A DNA stretch of 16,820 nt, from assembly GCA_031425655.1 (NCBI GenBank), contig JANPJS010000194.1, positions 1 through 16,820 of the forward strand. Direction: 5' to 3'. The stretch's first letter is position 1, and the number at the start of each line of letters is the position of its first letter. The translations under genes were made by a program, and so were the position numbers. A model generated the notes under the pieces. The model was not told the origin of the DNA, did no database searches, and saw only the letters and a program-made list of their open reading frames with translations. Shown piece by piece: positions 7,213 to 15,951 of the stretch. This DNA comes from Abditibacteriaceae bacterium. Its GTDB lineage: Bacteria; Armatimonadota; Abditibacteriia; Abditibacteriales; Abditibacteriaceae.

Positions 7213-9030
7213 ATGAACAACAGCCCGACTTCGGTTTCACCTCCGGCACTTCTCTCCGAAACGGCTCGCGGGTCGGCGCATTCCGATGGCGTTTCCGCCG
7301 CCGCGCAATTGGAAACGCAACTCGCCGCGACTCAAACCAATTTAGAAAACGCCGAAAGCGCGCTTGAAGCGCAAAAAGAGCAGTTTCAAGCGGTTTTAGA
7401 TGCCGTGCCGGGCGGCGTCTCGTGGATTGATTCGGACGCGGTTTATTTAGGCGTCAATCAGCGCCTCGCCGACCTTTACGGACTTAATCCCAAAGACTTT
7501 GTTGGGCAGCCGATTGGCTTTTTGAATAACAGCCCCGGTTTTTCGACCTTCGTGCGCGAATTCATCGTGAGTCAGGAGCAAGCCGCTTCGCGCGAATTGG
7601 ACATGATCGTAGACGGCGAGCGCCGCGTTTATTTGCTCATGGCGCAGAAATATCGTTTGGGCCAGTCGGCGCTTTTCGTCGGCATTGACATCACCGACCG
7701 CAAGCTCGCCGAAGAAAAACTGTTTCACAACGCCTTTTACGACAAGCTGACCAGCCTGCCTAACCGCTCGCTGCTCTTGGAACGCATGGAGCGTTCGCTC
7801 GAATACGCCAAACGCCACAAAAATTACCTGTTTGCCGTGCTGTTTCTCGATTTCGACGGCTTTAAAGTGGTGAATGATAGCCTAGGACACACCAACGGCG
7901 ACCGCTTGTTGGCCGCGATGGCACGGCGCTTGGAATCGGCCACGCGCTCGCTCGATACCGTCGCGCGTTTGGGCGGCGACGAATTCGTGATTCTGCTCGA
8001 AGACATTGACGGTCTGCACGACGCCACTCACATCGCCGAGCGTGTCAAGCGCGCTCTGGCCATTCCTTTCACGCTCGAAGGCCAGGAAGTTTTTATGAGT
8101 GTGAGCATCGGCATCACGCTCAATACGGTTAATTACGAACACACCGACGAGCTTTTGCGCGATGCCGACACCGCGATGTATCGCGCCAAAGTGCAGGGCC
8201 GCAATCGCTACGAAGTTTTCGACCGCCATATGCACGCCGAGGTGAAGCATCGCCTCGAAATGGAAACCGATCTGCATCGCGGCTTGGAGCAGCAGGACTT
8301 TTTGCTGCACTATCAACCCATCGTAGAAACGCTAAGCGGCGCGCTCAGCGGCTTCGAGGCACTGGTGCGCTGGAATCGTCCGCAGCGCGGCTTCATTCAG
8401 CCCGGCGATTTTCTGGGATTGGCCGAAGAAACCGGCCTCATCGTGCAAATTGACCGCTGGGTCATGCGCGAAGCCTGCCGCCAACTGTGCGAATGGCGCC
8501 GGGATTTTCCGCAGCACGAAAATCTGACTATCAACGTCAATCTATCCAGTCGCCAATTTTTGCGCGGCGATTTTCTGAAATTCGTGGCACAAATGCTAAC
8601 CGAAACCGCGTTGCCACCGCATCTTTTGCAAATGGAAATCACCGAGAGCGCCTTGATGGAAAACATGGAAACCGTGGCCGAACTGCTGCGAGAACTGCGC
8701 GCAAGCGGCGTCCGCATCAGCGTGGACGATTTCGGCACCGGTTATTCCAGCCTGAGCTATCTGCATCGCCTTCCTATCAACACGCTGAAAGTGGATCGCT
8801 CTTTTATCAGCGAAATGGAAACCAAAGCGGAGAACCGGGAAATCGTGCGCGCCATCGTCACTTTGGCTCACAATCTGGAAATGGACGTGGTGGCTGAAGG
8901 CATCGAAACCGCCGCGCAACTGGAACGCTGCCGCGCTCTGGAATGCGAATTGGTGCAAGGCCATCTCTTCGCCAAAGCTCTCAGCGCCGCCGATGCCGAA
9001 TCGCTTTTGCGCGATGGCGCGACGTGGTGA
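7213..9030 (+). CDS. PAS-GGDEF-EAL c-di-GMP cyclase/phosphodiesterase; start ATG 7213 or TTG 7180
   Basis: Coiled coil, then PAS ending DITDRK, D.LT.LPNR, RSLD I-site with GGDEF, FEALVRW, EITES, DDFGTGYSS, LKVDRSF and VVAEGIE. TATAAT lies at 7125-7130. Confidence 0.95.
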   Translation: MNNSPTSVSPPALLSETARGSAHSDGVSAAAQLETQLAATQTNLENAESALEAQKEQFQAVLDAVPGGVSWIDSDAVYLGVNQRLADLYGLNPKDFVGQPIGFLNNSPGFSTFVREFIVSQEQAASRELDMIVDGERRVYLLMAQKYRLGQSALFVGIDITDRKLAEEKLFHNAFYDKLTSLPNRSLLLERMERSLEYAKRHKNYLFAVLFLDFDGFKVVNDSLGHTNGDRLLAAMARRLESATRSLDTVARLGGDEFVILLEDIDGLHDATHIAERVKRALAIPFTLEGQEVFMSVSIGITLNTVNYEHTDELLRDADTAMYRAKVQGRNRYEVFDRHMHAEVKHRLEMETDLHRGLEQQDFLLHYQPIVETLSGALSGFEALVRWNRPQRGFIQPGDFLGLAEETGLIVQIDRWVMREACRQLCEWRRDFPQHENLTINVNLSSRQFLRGDFLKFVAQMLTETALPPHLLQMEITESALMENMETVAELLRELRASGVRISVDDFGTGYSSLSYLHRLPINTLKVDRSFISEMETKAENREIVRAIVTLAHNLEMDVVAEGIETAAQLERCRALECELVQGHLFAKALSAADAESLLRDGATW

Positions 9031-9033
9031 GCG

Positions 9034-9083
9034 CCCCGAATTGAAATCCAGGGCTATCAAAACAAAGTCCGCCTTCGCGGACT
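9034..9083. repeat. Single REP-like unit of the ACAAAGTCCGCCT.CGCGGACT family
   Basis: Matches the arms of the doublet at 12589-12696. Confidence 0.75.
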
Positions 9084-9092
9084 CAAAAAATC

Positions 9093-12000
9093 ATGCGAAA
9101 CAAACGGCTTTGCGCCCTGACGATATTAGCCGCTTCAGCTCTGGCGGCGGGACGACTTTACTCGCAACAAGCCGCGACTTTAGCTGATCCGTCCATTGAA
9201 GCGATACAGAATAAGAATCAATTCGGCGTGCCTTACGCCAAGTGGGGCGGCTGGATTTTCGACGGCGCCTGCGAGTTTCGCAACGGCAAAATCGCGCGCA
9301 GCGGCCAAACTTCCGCTGAGCTAATCGGCGCACAGCGCGGCAAAATCCGCCTTTATAGCCCCGCCGTGACGGTCGCGCCGGGCCGCTATCGCTTTTCGTG
9401 CTACATTCGCGGCCTCGACATCGGCGCCGGTCAATGGGGCACCAGCGAGGATGTAAATTTCGCTGACGAAGAATATCACGCTCTCAAAAAAACCGGCACC
9501 TTTGGCTGGACGCGTCTCGACATCGTGAAAGACGTGCCGGCGCAAAAAGAACTGATTTTTCGCATCGGTTTGCACGCGCCGGGCCGCCTGTGGGTGGACG
9601 ACGCCGAACTGGTGCGGGTTGATAACACAACTCCGTTAACCAAAGGCCCAGTTCTCGGCGCCGAAGAAAAACCCATCGCCGCGCCCGGCCCATTGGATGC
9701 CGCAACTGCCGTTCATTGCGCCGATTGTGGCTACCGCAATATGCCGCAATGGGGCCGCTGCTACGCTTGCGGCGCCGCTCTGACGGCACGCGCGACGGAG
9801 CCGCAAGGCGCATCGGTTAAACCGCTGACGGGTTTTGAGGACGGCAAATTAGGTTCGTGGTCTGGCAGCGGCGCCGGCGTGGCGACGGTTGTCGGAGAAC
9901 ACGCAAGCGAAGGCAAATTCGCTATGCGCGTCGAAAAAGGCTACGTGCTTTCGGACGCCGCGCAAAGCTGGGCCGGCTACGATTTTTTCAAAACCGAAGT
10001 CTTCAATCCCGACGCTGATCCGGCCAATGTTTACATCGAAGTGCGCGACAAAGCGACAACGGATTACTGGACGCGCGTCAATTACGTGACAGTTGTGCCA
10101 CCCGGCGCCTCGACTTTGATTGTCCCTACCGATCTTTACGTCGGAGAGAAAAGCCGGCCCGGACGGCCTTTGGATAAGGCCAATATCACGCGCTTCGTGC
10201 TCAATGTAGACGAGGCCAAAACGCCGATTTACTTCGATAATCTGCGCCTCGAACGCGACCTTTCCGATAATGTCCGCGTGCCGGGCCTGCGCGCGTTTTC
10301 CTTTGGCCCTGGCACTGCGCCGCCGATGCGCGGCTTCACCGCCGTCACGCCTTCGACGCAGTATTCCGCCGGGCGCGGCTACGGCCTGAAAAACGCGCAA
10401 ATCTGGCGCGCTTTCGATGTGTTGCAGCCCGATCCGCTTTATCAAAACTTCATTTGCATCGAAAAAGGCGGCTTCGCCGTTGACCTGCCAAACGGCAAAT
10501 ATCACGTCTTCGTGAACTTGGATAATCCATCCGGCTTTTGGGGCGAATATCAGCGTTATCGCCAGCGAAGCGTGAAGGCCAACGGCGTCGAAGTGGTGCG
10601 CGACACGATGGATTTAGCGCGTTTTAAGCAAAAATACTTTCGCTTCGCCGATGTCGAAGACAGCCCCGCCGAAAACACCTTCGACAAATATCAGCGCCCG
10701 TATTTCAGCGAAAAAGAGTTCGATGTCGAAGTGAAAGACGGCCAGCTTTATCTCGAATTCATCGGCGACAACTGGGCCAATTCGGTTTCGGCCTTAGTCA
10801 TTTATCCCGTCGAGCCGACCCCCCTTAATCCCCCCTTAGCAAGGGGGGACAAAGGGGGGGCTGGCAAAGAATACCTCGCTAATCTTCAAGAGCGCCGCCG
10901 CTTTTACTTCGATAATTATTTCAAGCGCGTTCTGCCGCGCGGCGACCGCGACCGCAAAGGCGCGATTCCACCTTTCGCGCCCACGGCGCAAGAACAAGCA
11001 GCAGGATTTATCCCGTTCGTGCGCGATTGGATGGACAACGTGCCGGTCAACGCCATTCCGCGCCGCGAGGAAGTCGGGCGCGCATTGCAGGTGTCGGCCT
11101 CGGCGGGCGAATTGGAGCCGGTTGTCTTTTCCGTTCGTGCGTTGCGCGATTTAGGCGAAGCGAAAATTTCGGTTTCCGATTTGGTGGCGCCAAACGGGAA
11201 AATTCCCGCGTCGGCGCTGCAAATCGGCGTGGTTTCGCATCGTTTGAGCCGCGTTACGATGGAAGGAACGGTCTACACCATCGCGCCGCGCTACGTCATG
11301 CCGCGCGCCACGGCGACGCTGAAAAAAGACGTGACAACCACGTTCTGGCTGACGCTTCGTGCGCCCAAATCCGTTGCGGCGGGCAATTACAGCGGCCAAA
11401 TCAAGCTCACATTTGCCGACGGCAAAAGCACGACGCTGCCGCTTAATGCGCGCTTGTTTTCGACACCTTTAGACGAACTCGATGTGCCCGCCGGGCCGTG
11501 GGGATCGAACATTGAGTTGCCGTGGTATAGCGAAGATTTGGGCGATTACGACCGCACCATGTTTCGCAAAAGCCTGGCAAAACTGCGCGAATACGGCCTG
11601 ACCACGTTTTCGGGCATCCCGACACTGCGGATTGCGGGTTGGAAAGACGGCAAGCCGGAGATTGATTTTTCGCAGGCCGACCGCGAAATGGCCGACGCCA
11701 AAGCCGCAGGGTTCAAGAGCATCGTCGTCAATTACAACGGCGGCATTGGCGGCTTCGACAACTACTATGTGGACGAAAGCGCCATGAAAGCCGCCGGTTT
11801 CGCCAAATATTCCGACTTTTTGCGCGTTATTCTGACGAAAGTGGATGAACACGCCAAATTCGCCGGCTGGCTGCCCGTCGCTTATAACCTGAGCGATGAG
11901 CCGATTAAAGACGACCTGCCGCGCGCGGTAATCAACGCGCAGGCGTGGCGCGAAGCCGCTCCGCCAACCTTGCTCACCACCGGCGCCACCAGCACCGAAA

Positions 12001-12542
12001 CATCCGATGCAACCGACCCGCATTTGCAGCTTGCCAAAGCTCTTCGCATCGCCAATTTAGGCAACCACAGCGCGGCGTCCATCAAAGCGATTCACGACGC
12101 GGGCAGCCAATGGGCGTTTTACAACGGCGGCAATCGCTGGACATTCGGCACTTATATGTTCAAAACGGCGCAATCCGGCATGAAATTCCGCCTTTCGTGG
12201 CACTGGAACGCTGCTGCCGGCGACCCTTATTACGCGCTCGATTCGCGCGAAGACGACTTCGCGTGGTGTTCGGCCAACGCCAACGGCGACTTGATTCCGA
12301 CCCTCCACTTCGAGCGCGAAGTCCGCGAAGGCGTGGACGATTATCGCTATATGCTCACGCTTTCGCGCCTGCTGCGCGAAAAGCCCAATCACCCGACAGC
12401 CGCCGCCGCGCGCAAGCTGCTCGCCGACAAACTCGCCGCCTTCCAACTCGGCGAACGCGACCACAACGCCAAATGGCCCGTCGAAGAATTCCGCACTTAT
12501 CGCCTGCAATTAGCCGAAGCGATTGAGAAGCTGGCGAAGTGA
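9093..12542 (+). CDS. Large secreted multimodular protein, putative glycoside hydrolase (GH123/DUF4091-like) with carbohydrate-binding-like modules
   Basis: Signal peptide, then a CBM-like domain ending LWVDDAELV, CxxC..CxxC, a second CBM-like domain ending IYFDNLRL, and a F.FG...Y..GRGYG..FAVDLPNG.Y.V galactose-binding-like domain. Then GELEPVVF..FWLTL..P....G.YSG.I, LSDEP and REGVDDYRY. Confidence 0.7.
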   Translation: MRNKRLCALTILAASALAAGRLYSQQAATLADPSIEAIQNKNQFGVPYAKWGGWIFDGACEFRNGKIARSGQTSAELIGAQRGKIRLYSPAVTVAPGRYRFSCYIRGLDIGAGQWGTSEDVNFADEEYHALKKTGTFGWTRLDIVKDVPAQKELIFRIGLHAPGRLWVDDAELVRVDNTTPLTKGPVLGAEEKPIAAPGPLDAATAVHCADCGYRNMPQWGRCYACGAALTARATEPQGASVKPLTGFEDGKLGSWSGSGAGVATVVGEHASEGKFAMRVEKGYVLSDAAQSWAGYDFFKTEVFNPDADPANVYIEVRDKATTDYWTRVNYVTVVPPGASTLIVPTDLYVGEKSRPGRPLDKANITRFVLNVDEAKTPIYFDNLRLERDLSDNVRVPGLRAFSFGPGTAPPMRGFTAVTPSTQYSAGRGYGLKNAQIWRAFDVLQPDPLYQNFICIEKGGFAVDLPNGKYHVFVNLDNPSGFWGEYQRYRQRSVKANGVEVVRDTMDLARFKQKYFRFADVEDSPAENTFDKYQRPYFSEKEFDVEVKDGQLYLEFIGDNWANSVSALVIYPVEPTPLNPPLARGDKGGAGKEYLANLQERRRFYFDNYFKRVLPRGDRDRKGAIPPFAPTAQEQAAGFIPFVRDWMDNVPVNAIPRREEVGRALQVSASAGELEPVVFSVRALRDLGEAKISVSDLVAPNGKIPASALQIGVVSHRLSRVTMEGTVYTIAPRYVMPRATATLKKDVTTTFWLTLRAPKSVAAGNYSGQIKLTFADGKSTTLPLNARLFSTPLDELDVPAGPWGSNIELPWYSEDLGDYDRTMFRKSLAKLREYGLTTFSGIPTLRIAGWKDGKPEIDFSQADREMADAKAAGFKSIVVNYNGGIGGFDNYYVDESAMKAAGFAKYSDFLRVILTKVDEHAKFAGWLPVAYNLSDEPIKDDLPRAVINAQAWREAAPPTLLTTGATSTETSDATDPHLQLAKALRIANLGNHSAASIKAIHDAGSQWAFYNGGNRWTFGTYMFKTAQSGMKFRLSWHWNAAAGDPYYALDSREDDFAWCSANANGDLIPTLHFEREVREGVDDYRYMLTLSRLLREKPNHPTAAAARKLLADKLAAFQLGERDHNAKWPVEEFRTYRLQLAEAIEKLAK
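10815..10864. repeat. Palindromic REP-like element inside the CDS, in frame
   Basis: CCCCCCTT-AA-TCCCCCCTT-AGC-AAGGGGGGA-CA-AAGGGGGG hairpin, encoding PTPLNPPLARGDKGGAG. Confidence 0.8.
12423..12542 (+). repeat. Direct repeat copy 1 (last 40 codons of the 1149-aa gene)
   Basis: 106/120 identical to 13382-13501. Confidence 0.95.
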
Positions 12543-12565
12543 CTTTCGAAGTGGCTCCAGCTTGG

Positions 12566-12720
12566 CAGGGCAAACGCATTGCTCCGCATCTCCCGGTTAA
12601 AACCGGGAGCTATAGTTACAAAGTCCGCCTGCGCGGACTAAAACTTGAGTCCGCGCAGGCGGACTTTGTATGCGTAGACCCCGATTTCAATCGGGGTGAC
12701 AGAGCAATGCGTTTGCCCTG
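12566..12720. mobile_element. 155-bp MITE-like element with perfect 19-bp CAGGG-type TIRs enclosing a REP doublet
   Basis: CAGGGCAAACGCATTGCTC (12566-12584) and GAGCAATGCGTTTGCCCTG (12702-12720). An inner TACAAAGTCCGCCTGCGCGGACT inverted pair is present. No target-site duplication seen. Confidence 0.75.
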
Positions 12721-12771
12721 TCCTTAGAATCGAGGCTTCGTTCGACGCGGCAAATTGCTAAAATGAGACGC

Positions 12772-12984
12772 ATGAGCAAAAGCATTACGTTGGAGTTGCC
12801 CGAACGAGTTGAAGCGGCACTTGTCGAGGTCACGCGTGAGGAAGGCTTGTCGCCAAATGAGGTCGTAGCCACGGCTTTGGATGATTACTTTTTTATTCGC
12901 AAGTTTCGTCGCGTGCGGGATAAAATGCTGTCTCAAACGCAGCAGGTTTACACGGATGAGGAGATATTCGAGAGCGTGTCATGA
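12772..12984 (+). CDS. Ribbon-helix-helix (CopG-like) antitoxin; start 12772 preferred over 12763
   Basis: SITLELP...L..VTREEGLS.NEVV..AL..Y RHH pattern with acidic tail TDEEIF. ATGA overlap with the PIN gene. TGCTAAAAT ends 7 nt before ATG 12772. Confidence 0.8.
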   Translation: MSKSITLELPERVEAALVEVTREEGLSPNEVVATALDDYFFIRKFRRVRDKMLSQTQQVYTDEEIFESVS

Positions 12985-13382
12985 GAATTGTCATTGATAC
13001 GAATGTTCTCATTTCTTCTTTTATTGGTCGGGGCAGCTCTCACAAAGTTTTGGAGCATTGCATCCGCCATCATCAGGTTGTCACTTCGCAATTTATTCTG
13101 GATGAGCTGCGAGAAAAGTTGGTCGAGAAGTTCAAATATGCGCCCGAACTTGCTAACGAAGCTATCGCCCTGCTGCAATCGAGAATGAATCTCGTTGTCC
13201 CGGAGCCTTTAACGGCGCCCGTTTGCCGTGATGCAGATGATGACAATATTTTAGCGACGGCTCTGGCCGGTCAATGTGAGTGCATTATTACGGGCGACAA
13301 AGATTTGCTGGTGTTGCAGAAATTCAACGCGATAAAAATCGTTAATCCCGCGACCTTTGCCGTAAACGAGGGAATTGAATAG
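12981..13382 (+). CDS. PIN-domain (VapC-like, PIN_3 type) toxin
   Basis: MRIVIDTNV, ILDEL and CRD.DDD.ILATA......IITGDKDLL. Confidence 0.92.
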   Translation: MRIVIDTNVLISSFIGRGSSHKVLEHCIRHHQVVTSQFILDELREKLVEKFKYAPELANEAIALLQSRMNLVVPEPLTAPVCRDADDDNILATALAGQCECIITGDKDLLVLQKFNAIKIVNPATFAVNEGIE

Positions 13383-13501
13383 CCGGCAAACTCGCCGCCT
13401 TTCGGCTCGGCGACCGCGACCACAACGCCAAATAGCCCGTCGAAGAGTTCCGCACTTATCGCCTGCAATTAGCGGAGGCTATTGAGCGGTTGGCGAAGTA
13501 A
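13382..13501 (+). pseudogene. Direct repeat copy 2: displaced 3' fragment of the 1149-aa gene with a TGG>TAG nonsense change
   Basis: Translates AGKLAAFRLGDRDHNAK*PVEEFRTYRLQLAEAIERLAK*, versus ADKLAAFQLGERDHNAKWPVEEFRTYRLQLAEAIEKLAK*. Confidence 0.9.
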
Positions 13502-13535
13502 AATGGCTTGTAGGAAGGGCAGCAAAACGTCGCTT

Positions 13536-14204
13536 ATGAAATTTCCAAGAAGACTTGTTTTCACAGGTTTAATGGTTTGTGGCTTATGCAGTGCCGCAAC
13601 AACACAAACGGCGGAGGCGCCCGCCACGCCTCCGGTGCAAGCGGCAGAAGCCGTCATAGAAACCCCGGAAAATGTGGCTTCGCGTTATATGGAAGCGACG
13701 CGGCGCACTGATTGGAAAACGTGTGCGGCGTTAATGCATCCAGATGCATTAATTCAATTGAAGCAGATTTTTCGCCCGCTCGTCGCTACGGGACAGGAGC
13801 CTAAACTCGGCGTCTTGTTTTTTAATGTGCGAACGGTGGCAGAATTTGAACGGCTGTCTGGACAGGAAGCCTTTGAGCGTTTGATGGCATTTTTTACCAA
13901 GCTCAGCCCTGAAATTAGTTCCGCTATAAAAACATCACAATCCAACATTATCGGTCATGTTCTCGAAGGAAACGATATGGCTCATGTGGTCTACCGCATG
14001 ACGATGAAAACACAGGGCGTCAGCGTCACCAAATTAGCGATCATGCCTTTGAAGAAGTCGGGCACGGCTTGGAAGGGAATGCTGACTGGCGACATTGAAG
14101 GCTTGGCAGCGGCGTTTTCAGATAGGAAGGCGCCACAGCCTGTAGCGAAGCCGTCAATTAAGAAAACACCGAACATACCTGCCCCGAAGCTTCGACGGAA
14201 ATAG
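13536..14204 (+). CDS. Secreted hypothetical protein (possible NTF2-like fold)
   Basis: Signal peptide MKFPRRLVFTGLMVCGLCSA. TPE.VA..Y..A....DW...A.LMHP start and LKKSG.AWK end are typical of NTF2-like domains. Pro/Lys-rich tail. Confidence 0.7.
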   Translation: MKFPRRLVFTGLMVCGLCSAATTQTAEAPATPPVQAAEAVIETPENVASRYMEATRRTDWKTCAALMHPDALIQLKQIFRPLVATGQEPKLGVLFFNVRTVAEFERLSGQEAFERLMAFFTKLSPEISSAIKTSQSNIIGHVLEGNDMAHVVYRMTMKTQGVSVTKLAIMPLKKSGTAWKGMLTGDIEGLAAAFSDRKAPQPVAKPSIKKTPNIPAPKLRRK

Positions 14205-14217
14205 GCTGTGAGGCTCT

Positions 14218-14266
14218 TGAAACAAAAACGCCGTGCTTCGATTTGAAGCGCGGCGTTTTTGTTTCA
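14218..14266. terminator. Bidirectional intrinsic terminator between convergent genes
   Basis: GAAACAAAAACGCCGTGCTTC-GATTT-GAAGCGCGGCGTTTTTGTTTC. Confidence 0.85.
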
Positions 14267-14273
14267 TAGATTC

Positions 14274-15626
14274 TCACTCCACAAACGCATCGTAAATAGC
14301 GCGGACGGCGCGCTGGTAATCGTCGGCGCTGGTGCCGACGATGATGTTGATTTCCGAAGCGCCCTGCGAAATCATACGCACGTTGACATTGGCGTCTTTG
14401 AGCGCGGCGAAAAGCTGGCCCGCCACGCCGACGCGATACGCCATGCCCTGTCCCACGGTAGCAATAAGTGCCAGATGGGTCTGGGTTTCAAGGCGGTCGG
14501 GTTCGAGAACGCGCTGTAATTCGCGCGTGATCGCGGGCAATTTGTCGTCAAGTTCTTCGTCGGCGATGACGATGGACATCGAATCAATCGCCGAAGGCAT
14601 ATGCTCCCACGACACGCCGTGCCCTTCAAGCACTTCCAGCACACGGCGTCCGAAGCCAAGCTGCTGATTCATCAGGGCTTTTTCGATGTAAATCGTGGTG
14701 AAACCGCTGCGCCCGGCGATGCCGACAATCGCCTGCGTGTCTTCGCGCTCCGCCACGATGCGCGTTCCGGAATCGCCGGGCGCGTTGGTATTTTTAATGT
14801 AGATCGGGATTCCGGCCTGCGCTGCGGGAAAAATCGTTTCTTCGTGCAACACGCTGGCGCCCATGTAAGCCAATTCGCGCAATTCCCGATAAGTCACTTC
14901 GGCGATGGGTTTCGGGTTATTGACCACGCGCGGGTCGGCCATGAGCAGGCCGGAAACGTCCGTCCAGTTTTCATAAATTCCGGCGCTGATGGCACGAGCG
15001 ACGACGGCGCCGGTAATGTCGGAGCCGCCGCGCGGGAAGGTTTTTATGCGCCCCTGCTGGTCGCGTCCATAAAAGCCCGGCACAACGTAAAGCCGGTCTT
15101 CGCGGCCCATGCGCGTTGCCAAATTGGTATAGGAAACCGCGTCGAGTTGGCCTTCGCCGTCGAAGACAATGCACTCGCCGGCGGGCACGAATTCGCCGCC
15201 TAAAAATTCGGCGATGAGGCAGGCGTGAAAATACTCGCCGCGCGAAGCGCACCAATCGCGCGTAGCCAACGACGAAGCATCGTCTGAGGCCAGCTTGCCC
15301 AGTTCGGATGCCAACTCGTTGTATTCATTGTCCAGCGGCGCCACTTCGAGTTCGCGCGCGATTTGGGCGTAACGCTCGCGCACGATGCCAAGCGGCTCCT
15401 GATAATTAAGCTGCTGCGCCGCGAGATGCCAGCAGGTGAGGAGCAAATCGGTGATTTTCTGGTCGTCTTTGTGACGCTTGCCGGGCGCCGAAACCACGAC
15501 GAAGCGCCGCCGCGTGTCGGCGCGCACGATGTCGGCGACTTTGCGAATCTGCCCGGCGTCGGCCAGCGAGGTGCCGCCGAACTTGCAAACGATGCGTTCG
15601 GACGGCGACGTGCTTTTTTCCGCCAT
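14274..15626 (-). CDS. lysC: Aspartate kinase (YclM/AK-III-like), 450 aa from ATG 15626
   Basis: VCKFGGTSLA, VVVSAPGKR, SRGE, PGFYG, RGGSDITG, WTDVSG..ADPR and ELAYMGASVLH, plus two ACT domains. The 69-codon upstream extension in the ORF track looks non-coding. Confidence 0.92.
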   Translation of the reverse strand: MAEKSTSPSERIVCKFGGTSLADAGQIRKVADIVRADTRRRFVVVSAPGKRHKDDQKITDLLLTCWHLAAQQLNYQEPLGIVRERYAQIARELEVAPLDNEYNELASELGKLASDDASSLATRDWCASRGEYFHACLIAEFLGGEFVPAGECIVFDGEGQLDAVSYTNLATRMGREDRLYVVPGFYGRDQQGRIKTFPRGGSDITGAVVARAISAGIYENWTDVSGLLMADPRVVNNPKPIAEVTYRELRELAYMGASVLHEETIFPAAQAGIPIYIKNTNAPGDSGTRIVAEREDTQAIVGIAGRSGFTTIYIEKALMNQQLGFGRRVLEVLEGHGVSWEHMPSAIDSMSIVIADEELDDKLPAITRELQRVLEPDRLETQTHLALIATVGQGMAYRVGVAGQLFAALKDANVNVRMISQGASEINIIVGTSADDYQRAVRAIYDAFVE

Positions 15627-15694
15627 TTCGCTGCCCGGCGCCTGTATTACGGAGTGTGTATAAGATTGCATCAAGGACATATCAAGACTCAGAC

Positions 15695-15727
15695 AAAAGT
15701 AAGGAGCACCCTTTTGGAGTGCTCCTT
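15695..15727 (-). terminator. Hairpin upstream of lysC; candidate terminator of minus-strand transcription
   Basis: AAGGAGCAC / GTGCTCCTT 9-bp stem (15701-15727), followed on the minus strand by ACTTTTGT. Confidence 0.5.
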
Positions 15728-15772
15728 CTTGTTTCGACAAAGTATACATCTTGATTGGGTAGAAGTTTCTAA

Positions 15773-15929
15773 GAAGCTGTCGGAGAATCAGGGCAATCGC
15801 ATTAGAAAATTGGGAGGCCAAAGAGAGTGTCATTCCGAGCGGAGTGGAGCGAGGAACGAGCGCGGGTGCCCTTTGGGCAGGACAGTCGAGGAATCTTGTT
15901 GTGAGATGGCGCCGAAAGATTCCTCAACT
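15773..15929. mobile_element. Truncated nested repeat stack: TIR-like end, CAGGG TIR, REP, 19-mer
   Basis: TAA|GAAGCTGTCGGAGAAT matches the 4445-4461 TIR at 12/16. CAGGGCAATCGCATT (15789-15803) matches the 12566 TIR at 14/15. Then TGTCATTCCGAGC..GTCGAGGAATCT and a cut-off mirror arm AGATTCCTCAACT. Confidence 0.55.
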
Positions 15930-15951
15930 AACGATGCCGGTTTATCGCGTG

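Noticed and set aside
12539..12727. 62-aa ORF after the large gene
   Set aside because: It lies almost wholly within the MITE/REP doublet.
12981..14204. PIN gene or hypothetical gene as cas genes for the array
   Set aside because: No Cas motifs. The PIN gene has a cognate RHH partner, the other protein is secreted, and lysC separates both from the array.
15627..15833. N-terminal extension of aspartate kinase, or a lysine riboswitch
   Set aside because: The extension runs through a hairpin and repeat ends and has no kinase similarity. I could not find lysine riboswitch consensus elements.
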